A DNA stretch of 64,000 bases from Marsupella aquatica. Its lineage: Eukaryota; Plantae; Marchantiophyta. This document shows, piece by piece, positions 47,859 to 62,029 of the stretch. Where the stretch lies: NCBI GenBank assembly GCA_973895155.1, contig OZ316893.1, forward strand, positions 13,842,359-13,906,358, read 5' to 3'. The first letter of the stretch is position 1. Every line of letters begins with the position of its first letter. The notes below the pieces were generated by a model that searched no databases, had not been told where the DNA came from, and saw only the letters and a program-made list of their open reading frames with translations. Made by a program: the position numbers and the translations under genes.

Positions 47859-50800
47859 TAAGGGTTATATGACTTGGATAATGAAGTGAGTTAAAGATGA
47901 TTGAGTTGATATGACAAGGATAGCCACTACATTCTATTAATCTCTTCTGCCGTCCAAGTACTCTCCATCAAAGGCAGGTTCTTGAGAAAGTGAAGAGGCA
48001 GATTTTGCAGATGAGAAGGTGATGTTCGTGGCTGAGTTCACCTTGGAGTAAATTTATGTGGGGACAAAGCATTTGGGAAACATAAGGCTCTAGGGCATGA
48101 CAGGATACATACGGATTTGTTCCCCTAAGTAGGGAAGGTGACCTTGAGAGACAGTGTATCTATTATGCATCAAAGACCCACAATCAATAGCTGAGCATTC
48201 CCAGATCCATAGCATGAGACACCAGAGTGAGTGATCTCCAGCCCCGCAACCAGCCCCGTTGCAAAGCTAGAGATATTTATATGCTATAAGGCAAAGGGTT
48301 CTCTTGTGAAAGGTACGGTGTGCGTTTCTAATTGGCATTATTTCTAATACATTTTTAATTCATATCATTTTCATCAGGTATTTTCTTGAAAAGATAATGT
48401 AGGTGATCAGGTAGTATTGGTAAGTACTTTCATACCTTTTCACTTATCTTATTTTGATTTCAGCCTTTTACTCAAAAAGGTAATGTAGGTGACCAAGTAA
48501 ATTGCTTACATACTTATTTTTATTTTTATTAAGTTTGTTACTGGAAAGGGTAACATTGTAGGTGACCAATTACTATAATTGGTTAAGTCATTTTTTTTGT
48601 AACTTTTCAATTTACCTCTTCCTTTCTTCTATTGTCAAAATATACTTATAATTATCAAAAACTTCTTCATTGTTTTCTTTAGTTGTCCTATAGTATATTT
48701 CTTGGTTAATCCAACTCAACTCACAAACCTGGCATCTGTGGCCTGGGTTAGTTTTCTGGTATGTTATTCATGCATTGGGCTCTTTGCCCTCATGTTTGGG
48801 TCCTTTGACAACATTTGATGCAACTGTTAGACATTTATTCTTGGGTCTAGAGGTCACTCTATAACCACAGTTAGCCTATATATAGCTATTGATCAAGGCT
48901 AAGTAGCCATTACGGAATAGATGCAAAGCATGAGTTAGCTTGTGAATGGAACTTAGCTAATTGTTACCCAGCTATTGGAGAGATAGATAGAGCTTGTGCT
49001 TTGAAGAAGTGGTTTGGCCGATAGGCCTGGAGTGCAATAAAGCTCTCTTATGTGTACCCATGGATGTAGCATCTTAAGACATTGGGGTCAACTACATATT
49101 TGTTAGGCATTTACTCTTAGGTAATTATAACCGTAGCCATAGTTAGGGCTAACCTTAGTTGCAGACTTGGCTAGGTTATTTGTGTTGCAGATTATATACT
49201 CAAACAATTTTTGCTTGCCTAGATAGGAGGAGATCAGCTGGCTCATTGTTACGGAGCCAATTGATGGACTCGATAGGGACAACTTGTGACGCAGACACTC
49301 AGTACGGCTGACGTGCCTGGAGTGTAGTACAACTATTTTGTGTCCTGTGGACGTAGCCTCAGTTGGGGCAAGCCATGTATTTCTGTGTGTCAACTACTTA
49401 TTTGTTGATGTTCATGAGTATGTCACTATGAGACATATTCTTTGCTCAAGAGTATGATCTCATGTGTCAAGTACTTGTTTGTTGGATGCTTTAAATGTGC
49501 ATTTTGTTATGAATGGCTGGCTATGAAACATTCCAGGCCCAAGGTGATGCCTTGGTAATATGGGTTCCAGTTGTGGGTTGGGGTGGGGTGCTTGATGATC
49601 TCCTTCCTGATGTTTTTCTTTCCTGCCCATTGGTTTTTTCACTGGGGCTTTGGATTTCATTTGGGGCATGGTCACCTTTTCCTTAGAAATATATAAATCA
49701 CGCTCCCAAAGAAGTGTCAAACCTGGAGACAAGATCCAAACGTAGGAGACCTAGAACAACATGAAAAACAAACTAAAGGCTACACATACCCCTTGGAATA
49801 CATGATCATTAATTTACCAGGGTAGCCAAAGTGGTGACAGCCCATTCTTTTTATGAGGACTAGTGGCCACCTGAAGGAACCAACTTTAAAAGGGATGATG
49901 TTCCCCCACCTATGGTCTAATTTCTGGCAAACAAGAGTTCTGTTGGACTCGGCGTCAGAGTTTGGTTAATATTTGCCAATGAAAAATAACTCATAAAGTA
50001 GGAAATATTTGCCAGTGAGGGTGGGAAGTGGGACAGGGTAGTGACCTGGCGCACCTAAAAGTCAGGATTTCTGAAGAATTGGCCAATCTTCAGCTGTGTT
50101 TATTGGCTGTTTTTATTAAAATTTCCCCATTGCTCCCCTTTAAAATTTGCACTCTATGCAGTGGGTGCACTTTGGCATATTTTGGGCAGTATTTTTTTTC
50201 CCCAGAAAATCAGAGGACGTGCTATTGAAGTGAGGACCAGTGGGACAGGGTAGCGACCTGGCTCCCCAAACCGTCCAGCAAATTGGCCAACAGTAGGCTA
50301 CGTTTTTTGGCTGTTTTCTCAAAATTTTGCCTTAATTCCCCTTTGTAAAAACTGGGAACTACTGGGCCAATGGACTAAGCCCATAGACCAGGTAACCCCG
50401 ATGGGCTGTGGCAGCTTTTTCACCTACACTCACTTTTGCAACAACCAAAAAGACTATTCAGCAGCACAGTTTGGTCTTCAATATCTCACCTCTTGTCTAA
50501 CAAAATGGGCTCTTTTTGGGCTTGAATGTTAGAAGAGGCTTAGAAATATCTTTCTAATGAGTCTAATATCTAAAGTTCATGAAGAATTTATCAGATTTAC
50601 CAAATTTTTTGCTCATTTATCCACCTCTCCAATTCACTTTTTGTACTTCCTAAAGTGAAACTGAAGCCATGATGGAACACCATGTTGGACACAGAGCTTC
50701 TTTGGAAAATATTCAAAATATTTTTTAGTTTTAGGGTGTCGACATTATATGAATATCAAGTTTTTACACTTAAACTCAAATTGTGGGAAATGTGGTCTAT

Positions 50801-53800
50801 GAGGGTTTCAAATACCAACCTTGTGGTCCATAGGGTCTCAAATTCTCCTAAAGTTTCAAGCTTCTCTGCAAATTGGGCGGAAATGGGGTTCTGAATTATG
50901 GAAATTTTCGCCAATTAAAATACTCTGACTGCTGTTCGTGGACGGAGGGAGGCATGCACGCATGCAGACATCCGTCATTCATGGTCCTCTACTGTACAGT
51001 ACTGCAGTCGTTCAGTAACTGCAACCGTACATCGTGCCTGACATTTTGTTCCTCGATGGAACTGTGGTTAATTTCGATCCGCTCATATGGCTAGTTTTCT
51101 TTGTAGTCTGTTTCTCGCTTTGCAATAAAAATTTATGGATTAATTTGATCTATCGCTTACTGATACTGGGAATCTAGACACATCTCTTCTGAATTTTCGT
51201 TTATCAAAATTTCGATTTTGCACTTATACTCAGTAATGACAAAACGTTTGTAAAATTACTGCAAATGAGGAAGAGGGGCACTTTCTGGAACTGGATCTTG
51301 TTAGATCTGGACCATCAATAGTAATAATGGAGGGTGAAGATCAGCTCTTTTCAGGAAGAGTATTATGCTCACATAGATACTTTGGCTCACATAGATACTT
51401 TGGTGCTATTCCAGTTAGTGAAGGATTTGCGCTAAAACATAAATTTATTCCTATAAAGTAACTAAGTAAAAGCCGGAAACTATCCTTCCATATTAAATGG
51501 ATACCAAGAAAAGTGAGTGTTTAGAATCTTCGACACAGTTACATGATAGCATTCTTTCGAGGTTCCATAAAGGCCAAGATATTTTGTTAGTTGGACACAA
51601 AAATTTAATGATTATTTAATTATGGTGCAACGAGAATGACAATGCGGTACTGCCTTCATGAATGAACATTCAAAGAATCTTTTAACCTTGGTCTTGATTA
51701 TAGACGTTCCAGATGCACTCATATGAAAGTGCATCGGGGCTATGATCCCAACAAAACGTGCCCCAATTCCGTTAGGGGATGTCTGAGCATGTAGAGATTC
51801 CGTAAAATACACCACTAGTGTCCTTAAATTTGGACTCAAGCCTAGGTAAACAAGAAAGTAATCCAATGTCCATTGTTTAATAAAACAAAAACTCAGACAA
51901 ATTGTATTGAATCATTAAAAGTATGCAAATTTTGATGGTTTTACCTTGAAGGCTATACTACAACTACAATTTCCCGGCCTTTGCAATTTTTTTCCCCCAA
52001 ATTGAACGCTTTGATAAAGATATGGGTTTCTCTAACCCTATCTGCTATCTTTTCCTCAGTAAGAAATATGGGTTAAAGTCAAATATAAGGCCCATGGGGT
52101 GCCATTTGAATAGAACACTTGGGGTTTACTATTAGAATACAAAGCCCTGGTTTTTGATAGAATGTAGTTCTGCAGCTTGAAGTTTCCCTTTAATAAAAGA
52201 GAGAAAACTTTTTTTCCTCTTTTTTCCCCAAATGAGAAATCCAGAATATATCAAGGGAAAGTTCTGCCCATCACCATACGCTGCGTAATGTCATCAGCCA
52301 CACAGGGGAGCAGTTGCTTTTGGAAGGAAGTTTCACTTCTGAGAAGAGCGCCCCAGGTAGATTTTGCAGGCACCCTGACCTTGTGAAAATGGCTGGTGTT
52401 TTTGGTAGACTTGGGCATTTATTTGAACAACTTTGGATCCATCATTTATCTCAAAATTTTCAGCAGGTCTTCCAATCTACTAGCCTACAGAGTTCAGAGA
52501 TTTTTCTGAGATCATTTGATCCTTTTTTTATGAGAGCAAAAGTGGTCAATTACTATAAAGCAACTGACGAGGTCTGCTTCAATTGTGTGAAGGAAGCCCC
52601 CAGTAATTTGGGCATGGGTGGAGAATTGCCACTTTACCAATTTGAGAATGACACCCTGAGAAGTCTAGGCATGAGTGACAATGGCCATTTTGGGCAGGAC
52701 ACTTTGCTTTTGTGACGGAGTGCTTTGGCCATGAGCAAGGACTTACCACTGGGTAAACTAACATGAACTGGCTGCAAATAGTCAACACATGTTTAGTCAA
52801 AACTATTAATGGTGCTACAAAAGTCTGTTTAGACATTCCTTGCCAGCCAATCTGAGCTTTGGAAATCCATCCGGGCTTCAGAGCAAACCCCTGTGTCCAA
52901 ATGATAAACATACTTTTAAAACTGAAGTGTCCTATTATTGTTGTGAGAAGCTCATGAATGAAGTCACACTGTAAATTAACAAGCAGGTAATGAAGTAAGC
53001 AAAAATCATGTGAAACTAATCAAGGCAATGGTCAAGCCTAGGCACATTCCCGATTACATTACCATGCTTATCAGTTTGTTGCTCGCTAGGCATTTAGTTT
53101 GCAATTGTGATGGACTCTTGTTGGGGACTCTTGTTTCGGGTCTTTGGTCTTTGGGTTTTCTCACATGATTCAGTATATAGCCAATGCTATATACTAATTT
53201 CTAGCAAAGCACAACTTTGTTTCAGTCTGAAACTTTCTAATAATGTTCAAGCAGGTATTGGGTTAAGCATTATGAACTCCTGACCCTTGATTTCATCGTC
53301 AAAAATTATTAATCTGGGCCATACAATTTCCCTGTCCAGATATGACCCTCCCGTGCCCCTAAATCCATTTCATAGATCAATGCCTCTTCGATTGGCTCAT
53401 TTTTCACAGAAATTGTCTTATCAACCATTAAAAAGGCCTTTTGGGCATGTGGTAGTTTGAAAGGTTTTCTCAGATTTCTTAGTTCCATTACCCAGATGAC
53501 CTTCTACTATTGTTTCAGATTAAAACCCCATTAAAAAGATAGAATACAAAGAAGGAAATAGTCACACACTGGTACAAATCCAACGTGATTGGGTTGATAT
53601 TCATAGAACAGTTTTCCTGAACTTCTTTAAACCACAGCTGCACATATAAGAGCGGATACAAGAGCTACGTGGGTAACTCGTAGCTCTCATTTCCACTATG
53701 AATGGTGGGATGGGCAGGACTGTTGGGATGATGTCCACCTCTTAAGGTGAGATCCACTATTCACCGCTACCAGGAATGAACAATAATTGGGAAGGGAAGG

Positions 53801-56800
53801 GGGCCTTTCATATGGGCAGGTGTGGTTTTACAGCCAATAAGTCTTACATACGTTTGGAACAAATGAAGAAGAAGCACTTGCCTGAATGCATGCAAGTTGT
53901 GCTCAAGGGGGTTTTTAGTTTTCAAGTTTGGTTTCAGGTGCTGAAAATTTAATTGCAGAACCCACAATGAGTAAGAAGCATTGTTGCCTGTAGAATGTTG
54001 TATTCAGCCCTAATTGGTAATTGAGGTTGTTGCTTTTTAACCCCCTAGAATTTGAGACATGGGCTATTGTAGGAACAGAGAAAGAAGTTGCTAACTATAA
54101 GTGTCCAGTTGTATTTGACTTAGCTCAGGGTCAAATCTAAAATAAGAGTATGGCTTTTGATCATGTCTGCAGAGTTGATCAACCACATGCTGTATTATTA
54201 TCAACAATTCAAGCTTTTCCCAGTTGAGAATTAAATAATAAAGCTTTCCTGTAGATATCATGAGCCCTCTACAGCAACTAGCATATTAGCTAGGGGAAAG
54301 GTGTAGAGAGTTATCATGGTATGCTTAAGAGACTAGCCCAATGCACACTATGCTTGTGCGTTCTTATCCGTACGCACAAGCATAGTCTAAATACCAAAAT
54401 TTTATGTTACAAAAACAACAACCAAATTTGGCTTCAGGCATAACTCTACTGAGTAGGTTTCTTTCTTATTGGTACACACAAGCATAGACTAAATACCAAA
54501 TTTTTACGTTACAAGAAAAATGACCACATTTCAGGCATAGTAGGTCATGACCGTAAACTTTGATCATAAAATTATAGCATAGATTTGTATCTCCAATTTG
54601 TATGTGAGGGTAGGGTAGTGAGGGTAGGGTAGTAGGAAATAATATGGCCCAGAGATAGAATGTACCCCCACAATGTATATTACTTCAGGCTATTCTGACC
54701 AAAGAGATCATAGACCTGTTATATGGATGTCAGCAAGGAGCCCTCAAAGAAAATGATACCAGATGTTGAAGTGATCTACCCGCTTGCTGCTGATGTTGAC
54801 TATAATGATAAATCTACTCGAGCCAACTATAAGCTGTACCACCTATTTTCCTTGGGGGACAGGAAAATATTGTTACAAAAATGATTTCTAATCAATAGCA
54901 TTCAAAAGCAAACAAGAAAGAGCCAGGTGAACTTAGCTGTACACGAGGCTGTACAACACTTTCACTATGACTTGAACCCAGAAACTCTCATTTTTGTTTG
55001 CCTTTTTGTTTGCCTTTTTGTTTATTATGGGTTGGGGAGTTTTTACAGCTCCTTTGCCTGGTGAGTTTTGATTTAGCTGACCACATTTATTTTATTGTGG
55101 CTCTGGTTCCTTTCTGGTAAGGCTTCCTTCATGCACTGGGGTTTGTTAAGTGCTTTGACTTGGTTGCAGGTTTTGCCTTTTTTGCCTTTTTGGTGTATTG
55201 GAGTTTGTTCCTCAGCCAGTGAATTTTCTACTCGGGCCAAATAACTGAAAGCAACCAAAAGCTTGGCTACTTAACTAGAGAGGCTACTTTATTTCACTCC
55301 ATCGTCCATTTGATAAAGACATCACAGTCTATATATGATTTTTATGTTATTTCACTTGTTAGCAAAGTAGGTAGTTTGAAAGAGTGACCGTGATCGACTT
55401 AAAGTGACTGTAAAGTCAATTTTTTTAGTTGTCCTGCAAAACCTTATGCACCCAGAAATAACAGGCACTGCGTTTTTCTTAATCAGAGGGTCAAGGCTGT
55501 TAGTTTCAGGGACTCTAGACACATTTCTCTTTATGACCCTCCTATGCAGATTACTCCCAAATTTTACCAAGCTTTTCAGTTCATGTTGAGTAAGGCTTTA
55601 CTTCATCTGCCACGGTGTGAAACTTTTGGTTTGTTTGGCTCTTTGGTTGTCCTGGGGCTTTTCTTTTGTTTTCTTGCCTTTACTGGGGTGCAAGACTCTT
55701 GGGGTGTTTAGCTCTTTGGTAATTTGGGGCTTTTATTTTATTTTCTTCCTTTACTGGGGTCTGTTTGGGAATTTGTCTCTCACTTGACACGTTGTGTTCT
55801 TAGACTGTTACTTGGGAAATTAGTTCAGAGTTAGAACGTCTAGAAAAGTAAAAAGGGTTTAAATGACCCGCAATTATTGTATATTATGACTTCAGTTGTC
55901 GTAAGCTTGTCAGCTTTGAGCGCACCCCTCTCAATTTCGTGTGACGCGTGAACTCTGGGTGGTAATCTACCCTACCTTAGGAACGATTCAAAAAGGTGCA
56001 AAAGGAAATAAAAGTGGGCCCTCTTCGTATCAAACCTGCAACGAGTGTCACACACACTAAGGATGTGACTGGGCGTTATTTCAAACATTATTTAATTGAA
56101 TAGGACTGCCTATTCTACGTGAACCCAGACTCATAATCAGAGGTGGGCCAGAGGACCCGTTCTTTCTCAGGATTCTTTAGGTTTATTTTCTTCTTGTCTG
56201 GCTTATTCTAGACAGGCCCCAGCGAGGGGTTGGAATCAAAGCTGACTACTTAATAATAAATGATATCTCATTTTTTTTATAAGAGAGGTGGATAGAGAGG
56301 CTGGGATACTCAAAATCTGATAGACCCAAAGCAAAATTAAGTATCATCCCATGATATTGTTTTCAGTTTAGTCAGAGTATTTTGCTTTTGTTTTGTTACA
56401 CTATATGGCTTGACGTGTCCATCCCAGTGTCAAGAACCAAACTTTGTGGCTATGGGGGATTTTTTATAGAGTTGAGAGGAGATAACAACCAGTTCAATCT
56501 TTCAGTTTTAAAATACATACTTATAGGGTATTTAAAATATAAGTATTGGAACAAATAGGAATGCATGCTGTCCATTGGATATATCATATCATTTCTGGGA
56601 CTATTCAATCGGCAAAAAGCAAAGGTACCCAATTGGCCCTGACATGCATGGCGAGTGGGCGTTCTCAAGTTCGCAGGATGGGGCAACCATACATCTTGTG
56701 AACATAGACCATTGGCCAGGGCTTGCCTAGATCCTTCCCCATTGTTGGTGTGTGTGTGTGTGTGGGGGTGGGGGCTGCATCCTTTTTAGTTGCCCCCGTA

Positions 56801-57411
56801 ATTCACTTCCTTGCCCTTCTATCACACCTGATACTTTGGTAGTTTCCCTGGGTTTTTTTGACGACCCAAGTTTATTTTTCTTTTGCACCCTCTCGATTTT
56901 CTTTTTTATTGGCCCCTTTAGGATGCTTTCATTGTCCCCAGATTTTCATTTGCCCCCTATGCTTAGTTTGTCTTAGGCCTACCTTGACATTTCTTTGCCC
57001 AATTTGGGAAGTTTTATGGGTGAGTCTCACGTATCAGTAAGCTTTTAGGTCCACCACCTTCCTAATTGCCAGGCAGCGAGTGATAATTTTTAGCACAAAT
57101 GCATTTCACATGCTACCAGACTGGATGGGGCGGGCCCGGTGGCTTAGGCATCCAATAACCTTACAAACATTGGGCTTCGGGACAAAATGGCCGAGAGAGA
57201 AGGCAATTTGGAATGGTTTCTTAAACCAATGCTCTACTCCATCTACTCCATTGCCAGACTAAGGTAAAAGTTTTCTATTGTTTCAATCACGGATCAATTT
57301 ACTGGATATATCATATTTTTGTATACATTTTGAACGATGAAAACAATTCTAACCATACAAAACCATACAAGGATTTCAATTTTGTTTCATGGTTAAGACC
57401 CAGATTTGTCC

Positions 57412-57485
57412 AAATGAAAATGGTTCAAATGAAAATGAAAATGAAAATGAAATGAAAATGAAAATGAAAATAGTTCAAATGAAAA
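57412..57485. repeat. (AAATGA)n simple repeat
   Basis: Directly visible, imperfect. Confidence 0.85.
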
Positions 57486-57489
57486 CAGC

Positions 57490-60400
57490 TCTTATATTTA
57501 CGGAATGTTGTTTCCGAGTCCAAGTATGAAACTTGTTGCTCATAGCTTCCTCTATTAGGAATCGAACCCACAAGCCTGCCCACCCAGGCTTGCGGACAAC
57601 CAATAAAGCACCTCATATACCGTCCAGTATCTCTTCTTCCACTGGGTTATTGGCCTCCGGAATTTCTTCCAGTAGCTGGTCATGGCCCAACATGGACATC
57701 CAAAACCGGCAGAAGAATACCCTCCATTTGAAGACAGACAATCATGTACAAGACAAAACAAACTTAGGATAGGGAAAGTGAAACTTACCATAATCCAACA
57801 GACAAGCAGAACCAACTGCTAGAGGCACACTTCTGCAGACCAAAGCACCTCATCCAAGTCAGCGAGTCGGACAATTAATATTCAATATGTTGGGTCTGCC
57901 TGAAGTAGAATCGACCAACTGATAAAACGACACTGAAGATACAAGACCACAAAACAGCAAGACAAAGACAAAGACACTACAGAAGCTCCCGATCAAGATC
58001 GAAAGCCAAAACGTCAAAGGTAGCCAAGGCTGAGACCGACGAGACTTGCAATAATTTCTGAGAAATGTGGCAAGAAAGTGGGTCTGATGGAAATTCCAAG
58101 GAAACGCGGAATTGCCATTAGAAAAGAAAGTGGGAACAGTAGAAAAGGTTCAATCATACATCTGCAGTGCCCATCATTGTACTGATTAGTATTGCACCGA
58201 AAACACATAGAGAAACTGACAGACAAACTATGGCAACGAGAGTTAATGAGAAGCGCGAGTAAGGCTGACCAACGCGAGCAAGTGATATTCGACAGCAGTT
58301 TCGCAAGAGTCATATTAACACAATCCCTAGCACTCATCGAGATAATACAAATTTTACAATTGAAGTAAACCATTACAAACCTGTTTTTTACAGCGTTACT
58401 AGACTGAGTTGATACTTGTATGCCATGTCTGTCCACCTCCAGCATGGTACACTTCCCAAGTAATATCGTATATGCATCATCAATTCGACAATCACTTAAG
58501 TGCATCATACTTCGGATGTCAAAACGAGAGTTGGTATCAATGACAGCATTGGCTTCTCTGAGCCCCCAGTGAATTAACTTCTTATTCGTTTGGTAAAATA
58601 GCCGACTCTACCTAACCCGCATCACACTTTGCAGGCATTCAAAATTATTGCTGAGATATGCTCCCCACAATCTGAATCAGCGATCAAATCACATCTACTA
58701 AAATGAAAGGTGAATATAGCAACAAAAGTTCCTCGTGCGTTCGCTGTGATAGAATTGCAGAATAAAATGTGGACCAGGTCTGTTTGCCGAAGTTCGAATG
58801 GATGAATCAGGAAGACCTTGGTACAATGAAGTAAATACGATGGCACGACAAGTAGAGTTCGCAAACCGATATAATTGAACTATGCGCAAAGATAGAATAC
58901 TCAAGAATAGAGGAAACAGAATAGACAAACTTAAAGCAAAAGCTCTGAGTAGCTCAACTATTTGACTAAGGTGAAATGAGAAGTACACAGGGAGGATATA
59001 CTGACGAGAACACAAAACCGAATGAACAATCACGCGACTGACACTGTGACTAGCTCAAATAATTGTCGTAACATACAGAAAGAGAAGAAGTAAACGGACT
59101 GGACAAACCTGTAACCGAGGATATGTCTAGCTCAAATATTCAAATTACCCACAGTAAGTTGATGAAGCATTTAGAGGATATACAGAAGAAAGGAGAGAAC
59201 GAAGGTCTGAGTCTTCAGATTTCACGTTCTCTTTTTCTATTCAGTAAAACCTCCCTGTTCGAGCAGCAGGTCCAGCAACTTGCCGTAAATGTGTCCGAGA
59301 ACAATCTGAGAATCTGAATATCTGGAGACTCATCCGTTGCTTATACGGTTAAGATCGTCTCTGAACATTACGATGTCTTTCACATTGCCAATCTTCGGGA
59401 GATACCTTCCAATCTCCTTACTTTGGCGTCCAAATCTTCCCTTCAAATCGTCTTCCCGTGCAAGCCACCCATAAAAACCTTTTCATAGACTCTCAGACCC
59501 TAAACCTCTCTCATAGTCTCTAAGACCATGTTCATTGTCAAGGGGAGGATTCTCCAATGTTTGTGCCTGTTCAGAAACTGACAGGTCTCGTTCAAAATGG
59601 AGGACACGGATTCTCAGGTGACCCCACGAAAGTTGAACCTTATCAGGCTTGCATGATAGTTGCTGCTTCGATTGGCGATTTTCGGGAATGAGGATTAAAC
59701 ACTTCCAATCTGCAGTAATGATGAAGCCAAAGCAAAGGCCTTCAGGATGAGAAAGCTTATCCTATCACCTTTGTCATACGCAGGCACTCCAGGTTTAGCC
59801 GCATTACAATCATCTTTGTGCTTTCGTACAATCTCATAGGAAGTAGGCAGAAGATGATCACTTTCCCAACCTGAAAATTTGTTACCTGAGCTCCACCTGC
59901 AATGGACAGCACAATTTCCCATTCAAGAAGCTCAAAAGCACAAGGCTGCAATTTAGAGAGATACACAAGAATTCCGATGATTTTGCCACGCGTGAGGGGA
60001 GCTGACTTAAAAGGAAAAAATCTAGTAGTTGTACTACAAACCCAAATGTCAGGATTGGGAATTAAGTTACAACCTTTGCTCAAGTTCCACAATGACAAAG
60101 GAATGTCGCCGCTCATTGCCCAACCATTGACAAACATGCACACTCGAGGTACATTTTCATTCCTAATCAAACTATGGAAGTAGCCATCAGTCAACAATTT
60201 ATTTCAAATATGCTCATGCCACAAAATGCATACTTGACTGATTGAGTGTTTCAGAAATTGATTAAAAGGCCGATCAGGGACTAACAATGGCAATGGATCC
60301 TGTTCATTCACCTAGAAATCCACGTAGACTGCTAACTCGTCGTTCAGCTGTTGTCAATAGAACAAACAGCAAATTCGGCGCTTATTACTTGAGATCCAAC

Positions 60401-61750
60401 TACCGTAGGGTCTAAAGTGTCTCTCGTCATGTAGGTTGGCAGCAGAGGTGCAATTTGTTGGCAGCGGACACGCAAGACCAAAAGACCGCCAGAGCAGAAG
60501 ACTAAAAGAAGAAACCTCCATTCAGATATCAGTACAGGGATGATCTCTTGTTAAAAACTATGATACTTGCTCAAGACGAAGATCGTAAGCCCCGAGTGAC
60601 AAGTCCTAACCGACCTCTAAATAAATTCAAGAGCAGGAATGAATTTTGGGGCTAAGGTTTCTGAATTTGACAATATCCAACCATCGGATATGAAACAATA
60701 TGCCAACAAGCAGGGCAATTTCTTGACGTACTTTTGTCTTAAGCATCTTGAGTCGGGGCTTTGTGTCGCCTGCCATGCAAGACTCGCGAGGCTGGCAGAT
60801 GTGCAACCCTCTAATCGAATTGTCCGCACGAACAGGTTTCTGCGGGAGGAAGGGGGAACGACGACTTGAAACAGAAGGTGCTAGGAAGGACGTGGTACTT
60901 ATGAGCAACGGTGACAGATTGAAAAGTAAGGAAAGACAGAGTATATACCGAAACAGGATAACGACTCAAAGACACGGCCCATAAGTCACCACCGCAATTA
61001 TCAATAGAAGAAGCGACAGATACGTCCTACATGACATGTACATTCTCAACAAGTCGAAAACCAATTTCAGGTCATCCATCATTCAGGCTTTTAGAAACGA
61101 CAGACCCTCGCAACTGTTGGGTCCTATCCTCAACACCCACCTTGAAGTTTTCTGAAGCCAACACATTGGTGGGTAGCAACGCAAACCAGCTATTGAAGGG
61201 AAAGAGAAGCACAAGAAATATACCGTCACTGGAACGTTTATGTCTCGAGCTACTCAGCCACGTTGAGAAAGGGACCCAGGGAAAAGAGGCCTCGAACATC
61301 CAGAGCGCTGGCCGCAAACGAAAGCCGCGACGAAGCGGTCAGAAAGAGTGGCACCAGTCCACATTACGAGACAACGCTGTTGACAGCACCGCTCAGGTGA
61401 AGAGTGAAAGAGACAATCGCCACATTGAACTCCCCCAACGGCAGCAAACGATTCCATGCCTCTACCAACGTCCATCCCGTTTGTCAATGTCTCCCATAAT
61501 CTCATCTTGACGACATCCTCAATACTGAGGTCTAGAGATCCGCTGGCTTGCACGCATCGGTACTGCTCTCAAGGCCATCGAGCTCGAAGCAATCCAAGCT
61601 CGTCGCCAAAACCCAGGTGGAATGAACCCAAGTACTCGGCCAAAACCCTTTCCTCCATTGAGGCAGTCAAAGCTCTTGAAAGGGTGGTCAAGCAACTGAG
61701 GCATTGGGCTTGAAATCCTCGACGTGAAAAAAGGTTAATAGCCCACCAAG
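57490..61750 (-). other. Possible multi-exon gene or pseudogene of unknown function
   Basis: Short protein-like segments on the minus strand bounded by AG/GT-like sites. Example: IVRKHKDDCNAAKPGVPAYDK|GT..CTGCAG|WKCLILIPENRQSKQQLSCKPDK|GT. No recognisable domain. Confidence 0.3.
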
Positions 61751-61776
61751 TGACGTTTTTTTTTCTTTTTCTTTAA

Positions 61777-62008
61777 ACCACACCTGTCACTATAAGAACC
61801 TCATTGTCTCGCTACTCACCATAAAACAACCTCATTGTCTCACTACTCACCATAAAAGGTGAAACACTAGCATGTTTTGTGGAGTACTTGCTAAAAAAAG
61901 GTTTTGCAATCAACACCTTTTGTGGAGCTCAAAATACATTTCTGAACTTATACTCTTTAGAATGAGAACTATGGGTTACCCGTAGCCCTTTATAGGGGCA
62001 GGTGTGGT
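61777..62008. mobile_element. 232-bp MITE flanked by TTAA
   Basis: TIR ACCACACCTG(T/C)C(A/C)CTATAA; TTAA at 61773-61776 and 62009-62012; internal ~34-bp direct duplication. Confidence 0.7.
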
Positions 62009-62029
62009 TTAAGGGGGGAATGACCGAGC

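Noticed and set aside
47860-57400. Short ORFs (e.g. 52314-52715) and small local duplications (48390-48570, 50028-50260)
   Set aside because: No motif or terminal structure I could support. Treated as decayed repeat or intergenic DNA.
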